NCBI GenBank assembly: GCA_964364455.1
Contig: CAYIMR010000003.1
Coordinates: 23-64,022 of the forward strand
Direction: 5' to 3'
DNA: 64,000 nucleotides
Source of the DNA: an uncultured Planctomycetales bacterium
GTDB taxonomy: Bacteria > Omnitrophota > Gorgyraeia > Zapsychrales > Zapsychraceae
This document shows positions 59,596 to 64,000 of this stretch, one piece after another (within the stretch, counting starts at the first letter, position 1; each line of letters starts with the position of its first letter). Made by a program: the position numbers and the translations under genes. Below the pieces are notes generated by a model. The model was not told where the DNA came from, made no database searches, and worked only from the letters and a program-made list of their open reading frames with translations.

Positions 59596-60168
59596 ATGAT
59601 TCTAATGATTGATAATTACGATTCGTTCACCTACAACCTCGTCCAGTATTTCGGCGAGCTGGGGGCGGACCTGAAAGTCTACCGCAATGACGCGTTGACG
59701 ATCGATCAGATCAAGGTCATGAAGCCGGAGGGAATCGTCATTTCGCCGGGACCGGGGCGTCCGGAAGACGCTGGGATCTGCATTGACCTCATTCGGTGTT
59801 TCGCTGGAAAAATCCCGACCCTGGGCGTTTGCCTCGGACACCAGGCCATCGGTTATACTTATGGCGGCAAGATCATCCGCGCCAAACATCTGATGCACGG
59901 CAAAACCTCCATGATCGAACATACTGGTAAAGGTGTTTTTCAAGGCGTTGAACATCCCTTTGAGGCGACGCGCTATCATTCGCTCGTCATTGAACGCGAA
60001 ACAATGCCCGACTGTCTGGAAATTACCGCCTGGACCGCCGATGAAGACAAAGAAATCATGGGTGTGAGCCACAAGGAATTCCCGCTCTGGGGCGTGCAGT
60101 TCCACCCGGAATCGATCTTGACAAAGGCCGGCAAAGATATTTTAAAAAATTTCCTGACCTTAAAATGA
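59596..60168 (+). CDS. trpG: Anthranilate synthase component II / aminodeoxychorismate synthase glutamine amidotransferase
   Basis: [22 protein letters not shown]...ISPGPGRP...[10 protein letters not shown]...[16 protein letters not shown]...GVQFHPES. Confidence 0.9.
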   Translation: MILMIDNYDSFTYNLVQYFGELGADLKVYRNDALTIDQIKVMKPEGIVISPGPGRPEDAGICIDLIRCFAGKIPTLGVCLGHQAIGYTYGGKIIRAKHLMHGKTSMIEHTGKGVFQGVEHPFEATRYHSLVIERETMPDCLEITAWTADEDKEIMGVSHKEFPLWGVQFHPESILTKAGKDILKNFLTLK

Positions 60169-61175
60169 AATCCTACATCCATAAATTGCACAATCGGGAA
60201 AATCTCACCCGCGACGAGATTGAGGACGTAATGCGCCTGATCATGTCCGGAAAAGCCGTCAAGGAAGATATCACGGCATTTCTTTTGGCATTACGCGCTA
60301 AAGGGCCGACGGTCGATGAAATTACCGGCGCGGCCAGGATCCTGCGTGAATACGTGATCCCGATCAAGACCAAACACACCACTATTCTGGACACCTGCGG
60401 GACCGGCGGGGACAAAAAAAATACCTTTAATATCTCCACGATCACCGCGCTCGTTGTGGCCGGGGCCGGGGTGGTCGTGGCCAAGCACGGCAACCGCTCC
60501 GTTTCCAGCCGCTGTGGCAGCGCCGATATCCTGGAGGCCGTGGGCGTGAACATCAACGTCGAAGAGCAGCATTTAAGCGCGTGCCTGGACGAACTGGGCA
60601 TCACCTTTTTGTTCGCCCAGCAACTGCATCCGGCCATGAAAAACGTCGCCGTCATCCGCAAAGAATTGGGTGTCGAGACCATTTTTAACATCCTCGGTCC
60701 GCTGACCAACCCGGCCAAAGCGACCCACCAGATCCTGGGCGTGTACAACCGCGACCTGGTCGAACCGATGGCAAATGTCCTTAAGAATCTGGGGCTCAAA
60801 CGCGCGCTCGTCGTCCACGGCAGTGATGGATTGGATGAGATCACCTCGACCGCGCAGACCTTTATCGGCGAATACGATGGCAAGGAAGTCTTTACCTACG
60901 ACATTATGCCCGATGAATTCGGACTTCCGCCGGCCCAACCGCACGATCTCGAAGGCGGGGACCTGGCCGCCAACGTCCGGATCTTCGAAGACATTTTAGC
61001 CGGCAAAAAGGGACCCAAACGCGACGTGGTCGTCATCAACGCCGCGTACGCCTTTTACGTGGCCGAAAGGGTCAAGAACATCAACGAAGGCATCGCGCTG
61101 GCGCAGGATTCCATCGATTCCGGCAAAGCCGCAAAGAAATTAGACGCGCTCAAGGAATTCACCAACCGTGGCTGA
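60165..61175 (+). CDS. trpD: Anthranilate phosphoribosyltransferase
   Basis: ...[53 protein letters not shown]... Confidence 0.93.
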   Translation: MKSYIHKLHNRENLTRDEIEDVMRLIMSGKAVKEDITAFLLALRAKGPTVDEITGAARILREYVIPIKTKHTTILDTCGTGGDKKNTFNISTITALVVAGAGVVVAKHGNRSVSSRCGSADILEAVGVNINVEEQHLSACLDELGITFLFAQQLHPAMKNVAVIRKELGVETIFNILGPLTNPAKATHQILGVYNRDLVEPMANVLKNLGLKRALVVHGSDGLDEITSTAQTFIGEYDGKEVFTYDIMPDEFGLPPAQPHDLEGGDLAANVRIFEDILAGKKGPKRDVVVINAAYAFYVAERVKNINEGIALAQDSIDSGKAAKKLDALKEFTNRG

Positions 61176-61977
61176 TTTCCTGACGACAATCCTCGCTCAT
61201 AAACACCGTATTCTCGCGGCCCAAAAGGACGCTTACGTGACCCTGCGTAAAAAAGCCGACGCGGCCCCGAAGGACACAGCGGGGTTGTTTAAAAAGAATA
61301 TTTCCAGACCAGGGCAGATCAATTTGATCGCCGAGATCAAGAAAGCGTCGCCCTCCGCCGGAGTCATCCGCAAGGATTTTAACGTTGAGGCAATCGCCAA
61401 AATTTACGCCGACCATAAAGCCGCGGCCATTTCGGTCCTGACGGAAGACAAATATTTTCTGGGGAAACCTGAAGATATCCTGACCGTTACCAAGCGCGTC
61501 AATCTGCCGGTCCTTACCAAGGATTTCATTATCAGCGACGGCCAAATTTACGAAGCGAAGGCCAACGGCGCGGCGGCGGTCTTGCTGATCGTCGCTATTC
61601 TGGACGACAGCGAGCTAGGTGGTTTGCTGAACATCGCGCGCGAGTTCGGCCTGGATTGCCTGGTTGAAGTGCACGATGAAAAAGAGCTCGACCGCGCCAT
61701 GAAAGCCGGCGCGGAGATTATCGGTGTCAATAACCGTGATCTAAAGACCCTTGATGTGAACTTTAGAACCAGTGAGCGCCTGATCCCCCGGATTCCCGGA
61801 GATAAGGTGATCGTGGCTGAGAGCGGCCTGCGGACCCACGACGATATCCGCCGCGTGAAGGATCTGGGAGCGCACGCGGTTTTGATCGGGGAAACGTTCA
61901 TGAGGGCGAAGAATATTGGCGGAAAAATCGACGAAGTAATGGAGGATAGTTGTAGGCTTACGACTAAAAGATTATGA
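61168..61977 (+). CDS. trpC: Indole-3-glycerol phosphate synthase
   Basis: ...LIAEIKKASPSAGVIR...AISVLTEDKYFLG...LTKDFII...EVHDEKEL...IGVNNRDLKT... Apparent GTG start. Confidence 0.92.
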   Translation: MADFLTTILAHKHRILAAQKDAYVTLRKKADAAPKDTAGLFKKNISRPGQINLIAEIKKASPSAGVIRKDFNVEAIAKIYADHKAAAISVLTEDKYFLGKPEDILTVTKRVNLPVLTKDFIISDGQIYEAKANGAAAVLLIVAILDDSELGGLLNIAREFGLDCLVEVHDEKELDRAMKAGAEIIGVNNRDLKTLDVNFRTSERLIPRIPGDKVIVAESGLRTHDDIRRVKDLGAHAVLIGETFMRAKNIGGKIDEVMEDSCRLTTKRL

Positions 61978-62591
61978 CTCGAGTCAAGATCTGCGGTATC
62001 ACAAATCTCAACGACGCTCAAATGGCGGTTAATGCCGGCGCCTCTGCCCTTGGATTTATCTTCGACAAAAAAAGTCCGCGCTACGTTTCTCCCAGCAAGG
62101 TCAGGCCGATCGTTGAGGCCCTGCCGCCTTTTGTGACGCCGGTGGGCGTCTTTGTCAATTGCAGCGAGCACGCGGTGCGGGATATCTGCCGCCTGGCGCG
62201 CGTTGCGACCGTCCAGTTCCACGGCGAAGAGTCCCCCGGGTACTGCAAACGCTTCAATCATTTCAAGATCATCAAGGCCTTTCGCGTGAGTGATGTTTTT
62301 GATTTCAAGTCGGTCCTCCGATATAAGGTCGACGCCTATTTGTTCGATACGTTTCAGGAAGAAACCCCCGGAGGCACAGGTAAGACCTTTAACTGGGATC
62401 TGTTAAAGAATTACAAATTCGACAAGCCTGTTATCCTCTCCGGAGGCCTTAACCCCGAAAACGTGCGCCAGGCCGTTGAAACCGTCCGGCCGTACGCGGT
62501 GGACGTCTCCAGCGGTGTCGAAAAATCCCCGGGGGTCAAAAGCTATCAGTTGATTCAGGCATTTTGCGGTGCAATTCCACCGGTTCGTTAA
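61974..62591 (+). CDS. trpF: Phosphoribosylanthranilate isomerase
   Basis: VKICGITNLNDAQMAVNAGASALGFIF...SPRYV...QFHGEES...LSGGLNPENV. Confidence 0.9.
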   Translation: MTRVKICGITNLNDAQMAVNAGASALGFIFDKKSPRYVSPSKVRPIVEALPPFVTPVGVFVNCSEHAVRDICRLARVATVQFHGEESPGYCKRFNHFKIIKAFRVSDVFDFKSVLRYKVDAYLFDTFQEETPGGTGKTFNWDLLKNYKFDKPVILSGGLNPENVRQAVETVRPYAVDVSSGVEKSPGVKSYQLIQAFCGAIPPVR

Positions 62592-62650
62592 GCGACCATC
62601 CGCTTTTTGGGAAATCCGCCCTTCAAAACACAAAATTTTATTTTCGCGCC

Positions 62651-62680
62651 TTGTCAGCCGTTGGAAAATGTGTTATATTT
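62651..62680 (+). promoter_or_regulatory. Sigma70-like promoter preceding the structured RNA candidate
   Basis: TTGTCA (62651-62656), a 17-nt spacer, then TATATT (62674-62679). Confidence 0.5.
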
Positions 62681-62686
62681 GCAACG

Positions 62687-62886
62687 AGCCGATAAAGGTA
62701 AACCCGCCGAAAGGCTCCCTTTGGGGAGGGGAAACCCGGGGACACAAAACCACAGGCCTACATTATCCAATACCTAAAAGGCCCTTCGGAAACGTCGGGG
62801 CAGTTCAAGACCATTGGATTGGTTGACGATAATATGGCGGCTGGGTTGCCGAAGACAAAGAGGGGTTAAACCCCACTTTATCGGCT
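62687..62886 (+). ncRNA. Candidate structured small RNA of about 200 nt, class not recognised (a 6S-like RNA is one possibility)
   Basis: The 5' AGCCGATAAAG (62687-62697) pairs with the 3' CTTTATCGGCT (62876-62886). Internal helices include CTCCC/GGGAG (62715-28), GGGG-TTAAA-CCCC (62862-74) and ATCCAAT/ATTGGAT (62764-70/62813-19). No convincing ORF. An upstream promoter and downstream strong hairpins bound it. Confidence 0.45.
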
Positions 62887-62921
62887 TATTTTTTATCCGC
62901 AGAGCGGATAAAAAATAAGCC
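62883..62921 (+). terminator. 18-bp perfect hairpin (A/T-tract-containing, potentially bidirectional)
   Basis: GGCTTATTTTTTATCCGC-AGA-GCGGATAAAAAATAAGCC. It is followed by a second hairpin, CCTCCCAT...ATGGGAGG (62920-62968). Confidence 0.6.
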
Positions 62922-63004
62922 TCCCATGCTTTGATTTATTTTGCTTTCCCAAAAAAATCAATGGGAGGCGACAAACTTCAGCGCTCAAATTAACCTACCA
63001 ACGT

Positions 63005-63715
63005 ATGAACCTCATCCTCCTTTCACCTGACGACTTTATCAAACCCAAAACCCGCGTACGTCTGGATGACCGCCGTTACCTGCACATCCGGGATATCCAC
63101 CGCGCCAAAGAGGGCGATGAACTTTCCGTGGGCCTCATCGGCGGCCGCATCGGAACGGGAAAGATCGCTTCTCTGACCGGCGAAGCCATCGAAATGGATA
63201 TATCGTTGAACCTGCAGCCTCCGTCGCCGCTTCCGGTTACGCTCATTTTGGCCCTGCCGCGGCCCAATATTTTAAAACGCGCCCTGCAGGCGGCCAGCGC
63301 GATGGGCGTCAAAACAATTTTTCTCATCCACTCGAACCGGGCGGAAAAAAGTTTTTGGCTAAGCCCGGTGCTGAAGCCCGAAAAAATTCAGGAACAGCTG
63401 ATCTTGGGGTTGGAACAGGGGAAGGATACCGTTCTGCCCGATATTCAGTTACGGAAAAGTTTTAAACCATTTGTCGAGGATGAATTGCCCGAACTGATCC
63501 AGGGCACACGGGCGCTGATCGCCCACCCACAGGCGAGCGAGGAGTGCCCGCGCGACATTCGCCAGCCGGTCACCCTGATGATCGGCCCCGAGGGAGGATT
63601 TATTCCCTACGAGATCGAAAAGTTGACGGCACTGGGATTCACTCCGGTACATCTGGGCGATCGTATTTTGCGCGTCGACACCGCCGTCCCGGCCTTGCTG
63701 GCGAGATTGTTTTAA
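63005..63715 (+). CDS. rsmE: 16S rRNA (uracil1498-N3)-methyltransferase
   Basis: ...HIRDIHRAKEGDELSVGLIGG... and ...LILALPRPNILKRALQAASAMGVKTIFLI...LMIGPEGGF...E...LGDRILRVDTA. Confidence 0.85.
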   Translation: MNLILLSPDDFIKPKTRVRLDDRRYLHIRDIHRAKEGDELSVGLIGGRIGTGKIASLTGEAIEMDISLNLQPPSPLPVTLILALPRPNILKRALQAASAMGVKTIFLIHSNRAEKSFWLSPVLKPEKIQEQLILGLEQGKDTVLPDIQLRKSFKPFVEDELPELIQGTRALIAHPQASEECPRDIRQPVTLMIGPEGGFIPYEIEKLTALGFTPVHLGDRILRVDTAVPALLARLF

Positions 63716-63755
63716 CTCTTGGATAACCGCTACTATTGATGTACAATTTATCCCA

Positions 63756-64000
63756 ATGAGTTTTCAATACGTCCGTAAAATCCCGACTTTCCAGGAGATC
63801 CTCAAAGAGATGCCGCTTGCGGCTGACCTCAAAAATGTCAAGGCCAGGCGGGACGCGCACATCCGTGACGTGTTTGAGCGCCGCAGCAATAAATTCCTTC
63901 TGATCATCGGCCCGTGTTCGGCGGACAATGAAGATGCCGTCTGCGAATACGTGACGCGCCTGGCCCGCGTCCAGGACAAGGTCAAAGGCCAACTGATCCT
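63756..64000 (+). CDS. 5' part (runs off the window) of 3-deoxy-7-phosphoheptulonate (DAHP) synthase
   Basis: ATG 63756, open to the window end: MSFQYVRKIPTFQEILKEMPLAADLKNVKARRDAHIRDVFERRSNKFLLIIGPCSADNEDAVCEYVTRLA. The IGPCS block and N-terminal layout match DAHP synthases. It is absent from the ORF track because it has no stop. Confidence 0.65.
   Translation, partial: MSFQYVRKIPTFQEILKEMPLAADLKNVKARRDAHIRDVFERRSNKFLLIIGPCSADNEDAVCEYVTRLARVQDKVKGQLI

Noticed and set aside
62569-62826. An 85-aa + strand ORF in the trpF-rsmE spacer
   Set aside because: It starts inside the trpF 3' end and has no RBS. The translation is odd (W/G/K/P-rich) with no family resemblance, and it overlaps the strongly structured region. 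It is more likely non-coding.
62687-62886. Assignment of the structured RNA candidate to SRP RNA, tmRNA, RNase P RNA, or a cobalamin/TPP/glycine riboswitch
   Set aside because: Hallmark sequences are missing: GGAAGCAGCC-type SRP domain IV, the tmRNA GGGG 5' end with T-arm/CCA 3' end, the RNase P GAGGAAAGUCC, the B12 box, and the CUGAGA of TPP. The length is also wrong for tmRNA and RNase P.

Overview
This 64 kb window looks like a bacterial chromosome segment. It carries LPS/KDO genes, so the organism is diderm. The gene content and the small CPR-like proteins suggest an uncultured lineage such as Omnitrophota, but that is inference only. Every convincing gene (about 65) lies on the + strand, and many are joined by 4-nt ATGA start/stop overlaps.

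The core of the window is housekeeping:
- an LPS core/KDO/Lpt cluster (GT4 and GT9 glycosyltransferases, heptose kinase, kdsB-kdsA-kdsD-kdsC, a fused lptC/lptA, lptB)
- tig-clpP, serA, purA
- uppS-cdsA-dxr-rseP
- proS-rimP-nusA-infB-trpS
- scpA, ruvB, queA-tgt-trmD-rplS-rnhB-yraN
- fchA-like/folD, polA, glgA, coaE
- rho-rpmE-prfA-prmC-murA
- trpG-D-C-F, rsmE, and the start of a DAHP synthase

Two visibly AT-richer accessory islands interrupt this core.
- Island 1 (about 1-5245) holds the 3' end of a restriction-modification-like gene, an FRG-domain protein, a small HEPN-like (RX4H) protein, and three tandem DUF1016/YhcG PD-(D/E)xK nuclease paralogs, one of them truncated. The intergenic spacers are built from a mosaic of shared sequence modules with exact 11-17-mer matches.
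- Island 2 (about 43960-47470) holds GGGGACA tandem repeats, and an inverted repeat that shares an exact 16-mer with island 1. It also holds a secreted protein, a translationally coupled pair of small conserved-unknown proteins, an ORF6N gene bracketed by direct repeats, a structured non-coding stretch with candidate small ORFs, and a very AT-rich orphan gene.

A promoter- and hairpin-bounded structured RNA candidate of about 200 nt lies between trpF and rsmE. I did not recognise any tRNA, rRNA, CRISPR array, transposase or integrase in the window. Homology calls come from motif recognition in the translated ORFs, because no database search could be run.
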